Positions 23,057-31,032 of a stretch of DNA of 39,781 nt are shown in pieces. How positions within the stretch are numbered: position 1 is the first letter of the stretch; each line of letters starts with the position of its first letter. The notes beneath the pieces are model-generated. The model saw only the letters and a list, made by a program, of their open reading frames with translations. It had not been told where the DNA came from and made no database searches. Location of the stretch: the IMG/VR virus record IMGVR_UViG_3300045988_067749, positions 1 through 39,781 of that record. One strand, given 5' to 3'. The position numbers were made by a program, and so were the translations under genes. The DNA is from a virus.

Positions 23057-23282
23057 CGTCCACCTCCATTTGTTTGTCAAGCCATTTGTTGAGCAGGACG
23101 CGGGCCGCATCGCGTCGGGCTTTGGCACGTCGGGATTGGTATCCGTTCCGACGTCGGACGCATTCGGCGCAGGCCCGCCGCGTCTCATCGAAGAACACGT
23201 TGCGCCGCGGGTCCCAGCGCTTGATGTCCACCGATGAGCTATCGCCGTGCAACGGTTTACGACACAAGTAGCAGTCACTCAT
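23043..23282 (-). CDS. Cys-rich small protein (79 aa)
   Basis: The ATG at 23282 has GGGAGG upstream. It translates MSDCYLCRKPLHGD...RRACAECVRRRNGY... Confidence 0.6.
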   Translation of the reverse strand: MSDCYLCRKPLHGDSSSVDIKRWDPRRNVFFDETRRACAECVRRRNGYQSRRAKARRDAARVLLNKWLDKQMEVDDELA

Positions 23283-23566
23283 TGTCCGCCTCCCATTTCC
23301 TTCTCTCGCGCCATGATCTCCACTTCCACGTCGTCGGCGAGCATCCTCGGCACGCCGGCGAGCGTGCCACACGATTCGGCGGTCGGATACACCGTCTTGC
23401 TGACATACACGTCCCACCTGTCGGAGCCTTGATGGTTGTCGGCCTTGAGGATAATGAGCGGGTCGGCGTCGATGAAACGACCGTCCTTCATGCCCCGCAC
23501 TTTGAGCATCAAACGTATCGAATCCGCCTGCTCACTCGTGTTGCCCAAAATATCCAGAGTGCTCAT
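23279..23566 (-). CDS. Hypothetical protein (95 aa)
   Basis: The ATG at 23566 has GAGGTGG upstream. It translates MSTLDILGNTSEQADSIRLMLKVRGMKDGRFIDADP... Confidence 0.65.
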   Translation of the reverse strand: MSTLDILGNTSEQADSIRLMLKVRGMKDGRFIDADPLIILKADNHQGSDRWDVYVSKTVYPTAESCGTLAGVPRMLADDVEVEIMAREKEMGGGQ

Positions 23567-23574
23567 CGTCCACC

Positions 23575-23805
23575 TCACAGTTCCTTCTTCTCGTTCGTGA
23601 TCGATTGGAGGATGGCCGCCAGATCACCGAGCTCGTTCCTGCTCAACCGGATGCGGCGGATGCTGTCGCCAGCATGAGTGGCCAGCACCCATGAGCGGGT
23701 GCCGTTTCGGCCGTCTCCGGGAATCCAGCTCAGGGTCACATTCCCGCAGGAGGCACCTGTGACCATGCCGCACCGTCGTTCGATCTCCACGTCCGTCGCC
23801 TTCAT
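23575..23805 (-). CDS. Hypothetical protein (76 aa)
   Basis: The ATG at 23805 has GGGAGG upstream. It translates MKATDVEIERRCGMVTGASCGNVTLSWIPGDGRNG... Confidence 0.6.
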   Translation of the reverse strand: MKATDVEIERRCGMVTGASCGNVTLSWIPGDGRNGTRSWVLATHAGDSIRRIRLSRNELGDLAAILQSITNEKKEL

Positions 23806-24068
23806 CGTCTGCCTCCCAGACTCTTGTAGGTCAATGTGAAGCATTTATCCCCGTTGCAGATGCGGTTCCATGCGGCGATGTTGTATTGCAACGCATATGG
23901 GGCTGGCTTACGTGAACAACCTCCCTCGAAGGAGAACCCGCAGACAGTGCAGCGGAACATCGCAAGGAAGAACGTGTATTTAGACCAACCCCGTACTTCG
24001 ACTCGCTCCCATTTCGCCTTGACCTTGCCCCCGCATTTGGGACACGGGCTAATCCTGTGAAAACGCAT
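23802..24068 (-). CDS. Lar-family-like restriction alleviation protein (Zn-ribbon, 88 aa)
   Basis: It translates MRFHRISPCPKCGGKVK...FRCTVCGFSFEG...YNIAAWNR. The CPxCGG ... CxxCG ... AAWNR layout is typical of the Lar family. Confidence 0.55.
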   Translation of the reverse strand: MRFHRISPCPKCGGKVKAKWERVEVRGWSKYTFFLAMFRCTVCGFSFEGGCSRKPAPYALQYNIAAWNRICNGDKCFTLTYKSLGGRR

Positions 24069-24306
24069 CAGACTCACCTCCCTCAAGAGGCGCGTTCAAA
24101 TCCACCTGTTCGATACGCGCACGCTCCTGTAAGATGTTCGCGTATGTCCCCATCGCGTACAATTGGCTTTCAAGGAGCTGGAAGGAGCACGCGGGCGTGA
24201 AGTCCAACGTGCCCTCCGCGTAGCCCTCAAGCATGTGCGCCAGCTTGCTGATACGCTCCTGCAATTCTCGATGTTCGCGGATCATCCGCTGCTTGTAATC
24301 ACTCAT
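24049..24306 (-). CDS. Hypothetical helical protein (85 aa)
   Basis: ATG at 24306. It translates MSDYKQRMIREHRELQERISKLAHMLEGYAEG... Confidence 0.65.
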   Translation of the reverse strand: MSDYKQRMIREHRELQERISKLAHMLEGYAEGTLDFTPACSFQLLESQLYAMGTYANILQERARIEQVDLNAPLEGGESDAFSQD

Positions 24307-24560
24307 TCTTCCGTTGCCTTTCTTTGCATTGCGTCGATGACTTTCCGTACGATTTCCTGGCCGGGATATGCGCCGGTTGCCTTCGTGAGGAAATCGAACA
24401 CCTGTTGTGACGGCTGGGATATCACATAGGGCATGATTGCCAGACAAGCCGCCCTGATTTCCTCGTCCGTGTGCTGGCGTGAGGCTCCGGCGATATACAC
24501 CTCCTGCATGAGCGTGTTGCTCTTGTACACGTGTTCCGCCTTGCTGCTGATGATGCTCAT
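24303..24560 (-). CDS. Hypothetical protein (85 aa)
   Basis: The ATG at 24560 overlaps the upstream stop (ATGA) and has an AAGGTGGTGG SD. It translates MSIISSKAEHVYKSNTLMQEVYIAG... Confidence 0.65.
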   Translation of the reverse strand: MSIISSKAEHVYKSNTLMQEVYIAGASRQHTDEEIRAACLAIMPYVISQPSQQVFDFLTKATGAYPGQEIVRKVIDAMQRKATEE

Positions 24561-25225
24561 GCTTCCACCACCTTGGCCGGACGGAACGGAGCTTGAGTGG
24601 TCACGTGCTTGCTGTTGAGGCCCGACCACACAGGACCGGTGACGGGGGATTCCGGGTCACCGATAAGCAAAGCGACCAACTTCGAATTGTCCAGGCCGGA
24701 GATGGCGACGCTCCACAAGGCATTGTCCTTATCCCACCACAACCCGTCATGGTCGGGCAGCTTCGGCTTCCGACGCAAAGCGTAGGCGAAATCATCGGAG
24801 TCGATGCAGTACTCACCGTCTATCTCGCTGATGCGGATACGCAGGAGCATGTCGCCTAGAGGGTCAGGCTTGAGATCGATGACGCGGAAATGGTTTCCCT
24901 CCGTCGTGCAGGCAATATCGCCCACCTGCACGTTTTCGATGTTGTCGATGCGCTCATACTCGGGGTCATCCACCAATTCGATGGTATCGACGTAACTGGG
25001 AATGATGGGCTGCGTATCAGATGATTCAGCCGAGAACACGTGTAAATATGTTCGATGCGCGTCGAGTTGCATCGAAAGGCTACATATACCGTCCGTGTCT
25101 CTGGAACGCCGCACGAGCTTCCCTATGAATACGTCTCCGTTCTCCATTGTCACCTTGACTCGCTTATCGAGATTCTGAATCTCCATAAGGGTCTTACCTG
25201 CCCAGAATGGTTTCTCACTGCTCAT
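24557..25225 (-). CDS. Hypothetical protein (222 aa)
   Basis: It has an AAGGAG SD and natural composition. I recognise no motif. Confidence 0.75.
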   Translation of the reverse strand: MSSEKPFWAGKTLMEIQNLDKRVKVTMENGDVFIGKLVRRSRDTDGICSLSMQLDAHRTYLHVFSAESSDTQPIIPSYVDTIELVDDPEYERIDNIENVQVGDIACTTEGNHFRVIDLKPDPLGDMLLRIRISEIDGEYCIDSDDFAYALRRKPKLPDHDGLWWDKDNALWSVAISGLDNSKLVALLIGDPESPVTGPVWSGLNSKHVTTQAPFRPAKVVEA

Positions 25226-25427
25226 TGTTTTTCTCCTTCTTTTCGTTCGCTTCGAGCGCGTCCAGCAGATCGCATTCGGCGAGCATGAGATGCGCCTGGG
25301 CGCGGGTCATTGATTTCAACGTCTGCGCGCCGGCGCCGGCCATCCAGCCAAGAGAGCTCACCTTCGTCTCGAGCAGGTGGGTCTGCGTCGCGAGATCACG
25401 CAATCGACCATCAAGCAGCATGGTCAT
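25215..25427 (-). CDS. Hypothetical coiled-coil protein (70 aa)
   Basis: It has an AAGGAGG SD. It translates MTMLLDGRLRDLATQTHLLETKVSSLGWMAG... Confidence 0.65.
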   Translation of the reverse strand: MTMLLDGRLRDLATQTHLLETKVSSLGWMAGAGAQTLKSMTRAQAHLMLAECDLLDALEANEKKEKNNEQ

Positions 25428-25602
25428 CGGTTTCCTCCTTGTTGAGTCGTGTTTCGATTTCGATGCACAAGTCGAGCGCCGCCGTGAAACCGGCCTGATA
25501 GGCGTATAGCGCGGTCTCCGGCCGGCTCATGCCGCCAATCTCCGTGGCCTCCAACAGCCACGCCATCGCACGCTCCTGCGGGGTCGGGAACTTTTCGGCC
25601 AT
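25411..25602 (-). CDS. Hypothetical protein (63 aa)
   Basis: The ATG shares one base with the upstream TGA (TGATG). It translates MAEKFPTPQERAMAWLLEATEIGGMSRPETALYAYQAG... Confidence 0.6.
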   Translation of the reverse strand: MAEKFPTPQERAMAWLLEATEIGGMSRPETALYAYQAGFTAALDLCIEIETRLNKEETDDHAA

Positions 25603-26081
25603 CACGCGCCCCTCAGAATCGAGCCGAGTGAGGCAGCACCCAGCTTCTGGGCACCTGCGAACCGTCTGGCCGTGGAACGTGACTTCGGCTGCGCGGCGGG
25701 CAGTTCGAGTGGGTTGCGCATGGTCAACGCCTGCTGCTGCGCCTGCTCCGGGCCGTTGCCGAGCATCCGCTGGCGGCGGTACATCCACGCCTCGTCCGCG
25801 GATAGGCCCCGCGCCTCGCATTCGCGCGCTATCTGCGCCTCAGAGGGCTTCGACTCGTTGCGCATCCTGCGCACGATGGCGTTCACATCGCCGGAACCGC
25901 ACCAGCAACCCGTGCTGTTGTCCGCGTAGAAGCGCTTCACCGCCTCCAACGCCTCTCCCAGCGTCATGTCCGCGCGAAGCTCCTCGTGGAACGTGCGAGC
26001 CTCCAAGTCGGTGATGGCCGCGTTGCCGTGGTGGACGCGAATCTTCGCCAGCACGAGCGTGCTTTCCTTGAGCGTCAGCAT
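25602..26081 (-). CDS. Hypothetical protein (159 aa), replication-module accessory
   Basis: The ATG at 26081 has GAAGGAG upstream and the gene follows the initiator gene. It translates MLTLKESTLVLAKIRVHHGNAAITDLEARTFHEELR... Confidence 0.7.
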   Translation of the reverse strand: MLTLKESTLVLAKIRVHHGNAAITDLEARTFHEELRADMTLGEALEAVKRFYADNSTGCWCGSGDVNAIVRRMRNESKPSEAQIARECEARGLSADEAWMYRRQRMLGNGPEQAQQQALTMRNPLELPAAQPKSRSTARRFAGAQKLGAASLGSILRGA

Positions 26082-26998
26082 GTCAGTACTCCTTCCCGTG
26101 ATTGGTTTTCGGCGGCTTCCTCGGCCGCGTAGTGGGCTATCAGTGCCGCGTTCGCGTCCTGGTTGGCCTGCGAACGGTTCCACGCCGATGGCGAGGGGCG
26201 TGCGGTCGGCTCGGGTTTGGCCGGCAGCGGGTCATCGTCCCAGTGTTCGCCGTCCAGCCAGTTCGCCGGGGTGAGCGTGTAGCCGGGTTCCCGGTTCGTG
26301 TCGGCGGCGTACCTCGACGCCTTGGCGATCAGGAACGTGTTGTTGGTTTTCCTCCGCGCCTTCCGCCAAGCCTCGAAGGCCTTGCGTTTGCCGGTCTTGC
26401 GTGGATAGGTCTGCCAGAACTGCTCGAACTCGATGGGATAATCCTCGTCGGCGCTCTCTGCGGCCCCCTCGGCTTGCGAGGGGGTTTGGGGGAGAGAGAA
26501 TTCTTCGTTAGAAGAATTCTTTTGGTTATTGGTTATTGGTTCTTGGTTCTTGGTTAAAGAGTCCCAGCGTGACTCGGGTGTGACATTCGAATTGTCACGG
26601 CGTGACATGCTTGTGACATTCGTTTCGTCCCAGCGTGACTCGGGTGTGACATCGGCTTCGGAACGCTGCTTGCGCTTGCGGTTGCGAGCACCCTCCGCCC
26701 TCGTCTCCACCTGTTCGCGGCTGGACTGATGGGAAAGATAATCGTGGATGCGGTAGGAGCCGTCGTCCGAACGTTCGAACATGCCGACCTTGATCAGCGC
26801 TTCGATGTCCTCTTCGGTCGCGTTGAGCTGGTAGATCACGTCGTCCTCGCTCATCACGCCGTCGTTGAGCACGTCGGAACAGAAGGAAATGGCCATGCAG
26901 TACACTCCAAGTGCGCTCGGACGCATACGCTGTAGCTTCAGCACTTTCGTGTTCGAATGGAAGCCGTTACTCAGCTTCCCGTAGCCCTGTCTGGCCAT
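26075..26998 (-). CDS. Replication initiator / replisome organiser-like protein (307 aa)
   Basis: It has a winged-helix-like N-terminus and a C-terminal FEQFWQTYPRKTGKRKAFEAWRKARRK motif typical of phage replication proteins. Iterons lie inside the gene. Confidence 0.65.
   Translation of the reverse strand: MARQGYGKLSNGFHSNTKVLKLQRMRPSALGVYCMAISFCSDVLNDGVMSEDDVIYQLNATEEDIEALIKVGMFERSDDGSYRIHDYLSHQSSREQVETRAEGARNRKRKQRSEADVTPESRWDETNVTSMSRRDNSNVTPESRWDSLTKNQEPITNNQKNSSNEEFSLPQTPSQAEGAAESADEDYPIEFEQFWQTYPRKTGKRKAFEAWRKARRKTNNTFLIAKASRYAADTNREPGYTLTPANWLDGEHWDDDPLPAKPEPTARPSPSAWNRSQANQDANAALIAHYAAEEAAENQSREGVLTC
26497..26652. repeat. Candidate origin of replication inside the initiator gene
   Basis: There is a perfect 10-bp inverted repeat AGAATTCTTC-GTTA-GAAGAATTCT (26497-26520). 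There are five tandem TTGGTTN 7-mers (26522-26556). A 26-bp direct repeat GTCCCAGCGTGACTCGGGTGTGACAT occurs at 26561 and 26627. GTGACAT occurs four times, plus one inverted copy. Confidence 0.6.
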
Positions 26999-27183
26999 CA
27001 GTCCGCCTCCTTTCTCTTGTCTCTTTGGTATTCGGCTATCAATGCCAGCAGTTCGGGGCTGGCGGCGATTATCTCGCTGGGCTTCAGCCCCTCGCCATTG
27101 GTCTTGGGTTTGCGGTGGTAGCCGCCACGCAAACCGGTGCGACGGCTGCCACCGATGTAGGTATGAGGGTTAATCCTGGCCAT
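26998..27183 (-). CDS. Small basic protein (61 aa)
   Basis: It translates MARINPHTYIGGSRRTGLRGGYHRKPKTNGEGLKPSEIIAASPELLALIAEYQRDKRKEAD and overlaps both neighbours. Confidence 0.55.
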   Translation of the reverse strand: MARINPHTYIGGSRRTGLRGGYHRKPKTNGEGLKPSEIIAASPELLALIAEYQRDKRKEAD

Positions 27184-27706
27184 CGTCCGGCCCCAACGCC
27201 AAGCCGTCGTTCAGCAGGAGCGCGAACAATTCGAGCGGCATCCACACGAGCATCGGATTGGAGGGCACCGGCCTCGATTCGCCGCGCAGCCGGTTCGCGA
27301 GCTCGCGGCGAATCCGGTAGTCCGGTCCTAACACGTGCCCCATGTGAGTGGCGAGGAACCGTTCGAGCGTTCCGATGTCGAACACGGCCATCTGCCGGGC
27401 CATGCCCTTGAGGCTTTTCACGCCCACGCCCCTGCGGTGTTGGATGAGCACCCCGTAGGGAGTGTCCATGTTCGCCATCTCCACTTTGAGCTCCCGCCAA
27501 TGCTTGCGATAGTTCGGCATCTTCGTGTCCTTGCATTCCACGCACACCGGCTCGCCATGGAACATGACGCCGATCAGATCGCCCTGGTCGGCGTTGCTAT
27601 GCAACGGCATACGGTCGATGCGCGTGTCCTGCAACGCCCACGCGAGGTAACGCACGGTCCACGTCTCGAGGCTTGTGCCTTTGCTTTTCGATGGGTTCGC
27701 CATCAT
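27170..27706 (-). CDS. PD-(D/E)XK-type nuclease, Holliday-junction-resolvase-like (178 aa)
   Basis: The ATG at 27706 has a GGAGAG SD. It contains ...NADQGDLIGVMFHGEPVCVECKDTK..., which is D...E-x-K-like, and lies in the recombination module. Confidence 0.5.
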   Translation of the reverse strand: MMANPSKSKGTSLETWTVRYLAWALQDTRIDRMPLHSNADQGDLIGVMFHGEPVCVECKDTKMPNYRKHWRELKVEMANMDTPYGVLIQHRRGVGVKSLKGMARQMAVFDIGTLERFLATHMGHVLGPDYRIRRELANRLRGESRPVPSNPMLVWMPLELFALLLNDGLALGPDDGQD

Positions 27707-27855
27707 CTCTCCAATCCGTAATCCGCGTACATCTCGTCTGCTTCCAAAGCGCATTCCGGGCATGGAATCGGTCTTGCCGGGTACAGCGGGCACCCGTGCC
27801 TCTCGCAGACCGGTTCCACGTCCGGCGGCGTCTCATCGTGATACAAATGCAGCAT
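27703..27855 (-). CDS. Cys-rich micro-protein (50 aa)
   Basis: It translates MLHLYHDETPPDVEPVCERHGCPLYPARPIPCPECALEADEMYADYGLER. It starts 2 nt after the SSB stop and ends overlapping the next start. Confidence 0.45.
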   Translation of the reverse strand: MLHLYHDETPPDVEPVCERHGCPLYPARPIPCPECALEADEMYADYGLER

Positions 27856-27857
27856 CG

Positions 27858-28313
27858 TTAAAACTCCGGGTCGCTGCCGCCGTTGGCCCACTGGTCTGAG
27901 GCCGGAGGCTGCGACGTGTAGCCTCCCTGAGCGCCGTAACCCTGCTGTCCGCCGTTCTTCTGGCGAACGTTGGTGATGGCCACAGCGCTGGCGTTGACGT
28001 TGCAGCTTGCGGAGGGCTCGCCCTTCTTGTTCGTGTAGGCGTCGAGGCCGCTGATTTCGCCCACGATGGTCACGTCCACGAACTGGTCCTGATTCTGACG
28101 CAGCTGGGCGATCTGGTCGAACACTGGGTTGAGGTTCGCGTAGCCAGCAGGCCACACCGAGTAGTACTGTTCCGGCTGGCTGACCCAGTTGCCGTTCCGG
28201 TCACGGTAGCCGGGCGACATCGATACGCTCAGATACCGTTTGCCGTTCTGCGTTTCTCGCACGCCCCACGCCGTGCCCTGGATGATGATGGTCGCTCTTC
28301 CCGCCATGGTCAC
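27858..28313 (-). CDS. ssb: Single-stranded DNA-binding protein (151 aa)
   Basis: It has an OB-fold-like N-terminus, a G/Q-rich linker, and an acidic tip (...GGSDPEF). Confidence 0.8.
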   Translation of the reverse strand: MTMAGRATIIIQGTAWGVRETQNGKRYLSVSMSPGYRDRNGNWVSQPEQYYSVWPAGYANLNPVFDQIAQLRQNQDQFVDVTIVGEISGLDAYTNKKGEPSASCNVNASAVAITNVRQKNGGQQGYGAQGGYTSQPPASDQWANGGSDPEF

Positions 28314-29398
28314 TCGCCTTCCTTCACGCTGGCCTTCAACTGGCCCAGCACCTTGTCAAGCTCAGCCTCCGACAGTTCGTCGCTGGCCTTCACCTCACGG
28401 TTCAGAATCTTCGTGATGGTCTCGCACGCCTCAGCGTCCGAAGCCACGCCCAACGCCTGGAAGCGGCGAATCATCTCCGCACGCTTCACGTCCACGGCGG
28501 AAGGCTCCGCCTCGGGCTGCGCTTCCGGCTGCTGGGGCTGCTGCGGTGCCGGTGCCTGCGGCTGTTCTTCCTCTTGTGCGGGGTCCACGTCGATGGTGGG
28601 TGTCATGGCATCGTCGATGGCTGGCGCCAGCACGTCGGAATAGTCCGGCGTGGTCTCGTCCACCGTCGCGGCGGTCTTGGCCTCCACGCTGACCGGAAGG
28701 TACTTGAAGCTGCGGCGGATAAGCGTCTTCATGCCCATCTCCACGAAGTTCGTGACCCACGGGCCGGTCACCGCGTTGCCCTTGTACCTGCTGCGCGGCG
28801 CGTAACGGTCGCGGTACGCCTCCAAGTCCTTGCGGCTCATGTAGCTCGCGTATGTGTTGCCGTTCGGAAGGTCGATGGAGAGGAACACGAACTTGAGCTT
28901 GTCGGGGGAGTGGTCGGCATCGAGGTTGATGTCTGAGGGGCATTCGATGTACGGCGTGCCCTTCGCGTCCATCTTCAGCTTCACGCCGTCGTCCTCGTAC
29001 ACGGCCACCGGCTGCGCATAGATGCCGCTGTTCTCCAGCAGCTTCAACATGCCTTTATAGCCGATGACGAACGTGGCATCCGGCTGGCCTCCATTGTGGT
29101 TCTTGTTGTTATAAGGGAGGATATACGCCTGGCCGAGGCCATCCACGTTCGAGGGTTTCAGGCCGAGTGCGGCGCACTGCATGAAGCAGCTCAGGACGCT
29201 GACCGGCGTGCAGTTGCGCAGTTGGGGTTCGCGGTTGATGGAGCTGATGCAGTATTGCAGCAGCATGTCGGGCTTGAGGTTACCGCCGATGACCTTCTCG
29301 ATCTGCGGCCACGAGCTGCGCACCATGTCCCGGATATCGCGTTCGGGTTTCATGGCCTGCATCTGCATGTTCTGCGCCTGTGTCGCTAACTGTCCCAT
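28310..29398 (-). CDS. recT: RecT-family single-strand annealing protein (362 aa)
   Basis: It is RecT-like (...AALGLKPSNVDGLGQAYILPYNNK...) and is paired with a YqaJ exonuclease. Confidence 0.8.
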   Translation of the reverse strand: MGQLATQAQNMQMQAMKPERDIRDMVRSSWPQIEKVIGGNLKPDMLLQYCISSINREPQLRNCTPVSVLSCFMQCAALGLKPSNVDGLGQAYILPYNNKNHNGGQPDATFVIGYKGMLKLLENSGIYAQPVAVYEDDGVKLKMDAKGTPYIECPSDINLDADHSPDKLKFVFLSIDLPNGNTYASYMSRKDLEAYRDRYAPRSRYKGNAVTGPWVTNFVEMGMKTLIRRSFKYLPVSVEAKTAATVDETTPDYSDVLAPAIDDAMTPTIDVDPAQEEEQPQAPAPQQPQQPEAQPEAEPSAVDVKRAEMIRRFQALGVASDAEACETITKILNREVKASDELSEAELDKVLGQLKASVKEGE

Positions 29399-29411
29399 AA
29401 TCGGTTCTCCT

Positions 29412-30401
29412 TTACTTGGTTTTCTTCGGTTTGATTTCGGTGAATCGGAAGGTGCGGCCCTCCCACGGCTGCACGACCCGCGTGTAGCCCTTGCGCGTGC
29501 TGTGCTTGTAGGTGGCCTGCAGGTTGCCGCAGCGCACCCCCTCGTGGTCTCCGATATAGGGGAGTATGCAGTCCTGCAACTCCTCCTTGCGGGCCTTCAG
29601 CGCGTTGAGGTCGGCGGCCGCCTGCCTGTAGTCGGCCATGAGCTCGCGCAGATCAGTGCTGTCGCTCATGTCCTCGATGCCCTCCGAAGGCTCCGGGTAG
29701 GCTTTCGCCACGTCCGCGCCGGTAAGGGCGGGCATCTCGTCACGGGTGACGAAACCCCAGAAGTCCTCTGCCGCATGGATTACGGCGCTCACATCGTCCT
29801 CGTCGCGTTCGAAACGCACCTCGACCGGCTCGCTTTCGCCGATGTCCGCGTAGAACACGCCCCATGTGAACCCGGTGACGGCCATGTAATGCGTGACCTG
29901 CGCCAAGTAGTAATCCGGCGCGATTAGCTCGCCAGTCTCGTCGTGCCAGTCGGTGCGGCCACGGTTCGCGTTCGCCGTCTTGATCTCGAGAACGCCCCAC
30001 GAATCGCTCGCCTCGTCGTAGACGAAGCCGTCCAGCGAGGCGTGCATCAACGGATGCTCCTTGGACACGAGGCTGATGTCGGTGCCGTCGATGACCTGGT
30101 ACTCCGGGTGGAGTTTGCGGAACCGACGGCGCAATTCGACCTCAAGCGCGTTGCCCTTGACGATCGCCCACTTGCCGCTGATATCCTCCGGCTGCTGACG
30201 GTTCGTCTTCTCCAGCCACAGGTCGTAGGGGGTCGAGTACGGGTTGAGGCCGAGAATCGTGCTCATGTCCGAACCGCCGACACCCAACGCGCGGAACGCG
30301 TGCCACGCACTCTCACGCTCCGCCTTCGTGCGCTGGCAGAAACGATGCACGTCGAACAGTCCGGTCGCCTGCGCTGCCATGTCAACGGTCACTCGCTTCA
30401 T
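29412..30401 (-). CDS. YqaJ-like (lambda Exo-type) recombination exonuclease (329 aa)
   Basis: It contains GVGGSDMSTILGLNPYSTPYDLWLEKT, the YqaJ hallmark, and has an AAGGAG SD. Confidence 0.85.
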   Translation of the reverse strand: MKRVTVDMAAQATGLFDVHRFCQRTKAERESAWHAFRALGVGGSDMSTILGLNPYSTPYDLWLEKTNRQQPEDISGKWAIVKGNALEVELRRRFRKLHPEYQVIDGTDISLVSKEHPLMHASLDGFVYDEASDSWGVLEIKTANANRGRTDWHDETGELIAPDYYLAQVTHYMAVTGFTWGVFYADIGESEPVEVRFERDEDDVSAVIHAAEDFWGFVTRDEMPALTGADVAKAYPEPSEGIEDMSDSTDLRELMADYRQAAADLNALKARKEELQDCILPYIGDHEGVRCGNLQATYKHSTRKGYTRVVQPWEGRTFRFTEIKPKKTK

Positions 30402-30630
30402 TCCTGCTCCTTAGCTTCGATTTGCTGACGTATTCCACTCGCGCGCTCACCCTGCGCCGTTGCCTGTCGATGACGACCATGCCCGGCAACGGCATCACGT
30501 ACAGGTACGGGTTGCCGGTCTGACTGTTCCGGTCGCTGATCAGATCCATAAACTCCACGATCAGCTCGCCGGGCGTCATACGCACGCCCTCGTCCGTGAT
30601 CGGGCTCCACAGTTCCACCGTGTCCGTCAT
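30382..30630 (-). CDS. Hypothetical protein (82 aa)
   Basis: It has a GAGAGGA SD 6 nt upstream. It translates MTDTVELWSPITDEGVRMTPGELIVEFMDLISDRNSQTGNPYLYVMPLPG... Confidence 0.6.
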   Translation of the reverse strand: MTDTVELWSPITDEGVRMTPGELIVEFMDLISDRNSQTGNPYLYVMPLPGMVVIDRQRRRVSARVEYVSKSKLRSRNEASDR

Positions 30631-30785
30631 CCATATCCTCTCGTAGTCCGACGAGCCGTAGCCCGGCCTCGTGGATGCTCAGGCCGATGAGGCTCGCCAG
30701 CGACTGCCGGGTGGGATATGCGGTCAGGATGTCAAGGTTGGTGAGCAGCCGGTCCGCGACCGCAAGCCACATGTCGTTCGGCACG

Positions 30786-31001
30786 TCAGGCGTAGAGGCG
30801 CTGCTTGCGCGTCTGCTTGTTGATGCGGTCAAAACGGGCCACCTCCTCGACCTCGAAGCCCAGCACCTGCATGGTGTCGGGGTCGGTGACCGGCGTCGGC
30901 CCCCAGCCTCGCGTGAGCTTGTTCTGGATGGTCTTCTTCGCCTTCCCGTAATGTTCGGCGAGCTGTTCCACCGTCATCAGGTTTGGTATCGGCGCACTCA
31001 T
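30786..31001 (-). CDS. HTH DNA-binding protein, excisionase-like (71 aa)
   Basis: The ATG at 31001 has an AAAGGA SD. It translates MSAPIPNLMTVEQLAEHYGKAKKTIQNKLTRGWGP..., which is HTH_17-like. Confidence 0.65.
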   Translation of the reverse strand: MSAPIPNLMTVEQLAEHYGKAKKTIQNKLTRGWGPTPVTDPDTMQVLGFEVEEVARFDRINKQTRKQRLYA

Positions 31002-31032
31002 TGGGGTATCCTTTCTAGTGGAGTTTCTTTCC

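Noticed and set aside
26522-26652. Tandem and direct repeats, considered as a possible CRISPR array or mini-satellite
   Set aside because: The units are 7 bp head-to-tail, or 26 bp only twice. There is no repeat-spacer periodicity of CRISPR size and there are no cas genes. They lie in-frame inside the initiator gene and fit origin iterons better.
30398-30832. A 144-aa minus-strand ORF, considered as a real gene
   Set aside because: It would overlap the whole SD-bearing 82-aa gene in another frame, and its C-terminal two-thirds are R/G/D-rich off-frame sequence. Only its first ~45 codons look coding; see the low-interest finding at 30631-30785.
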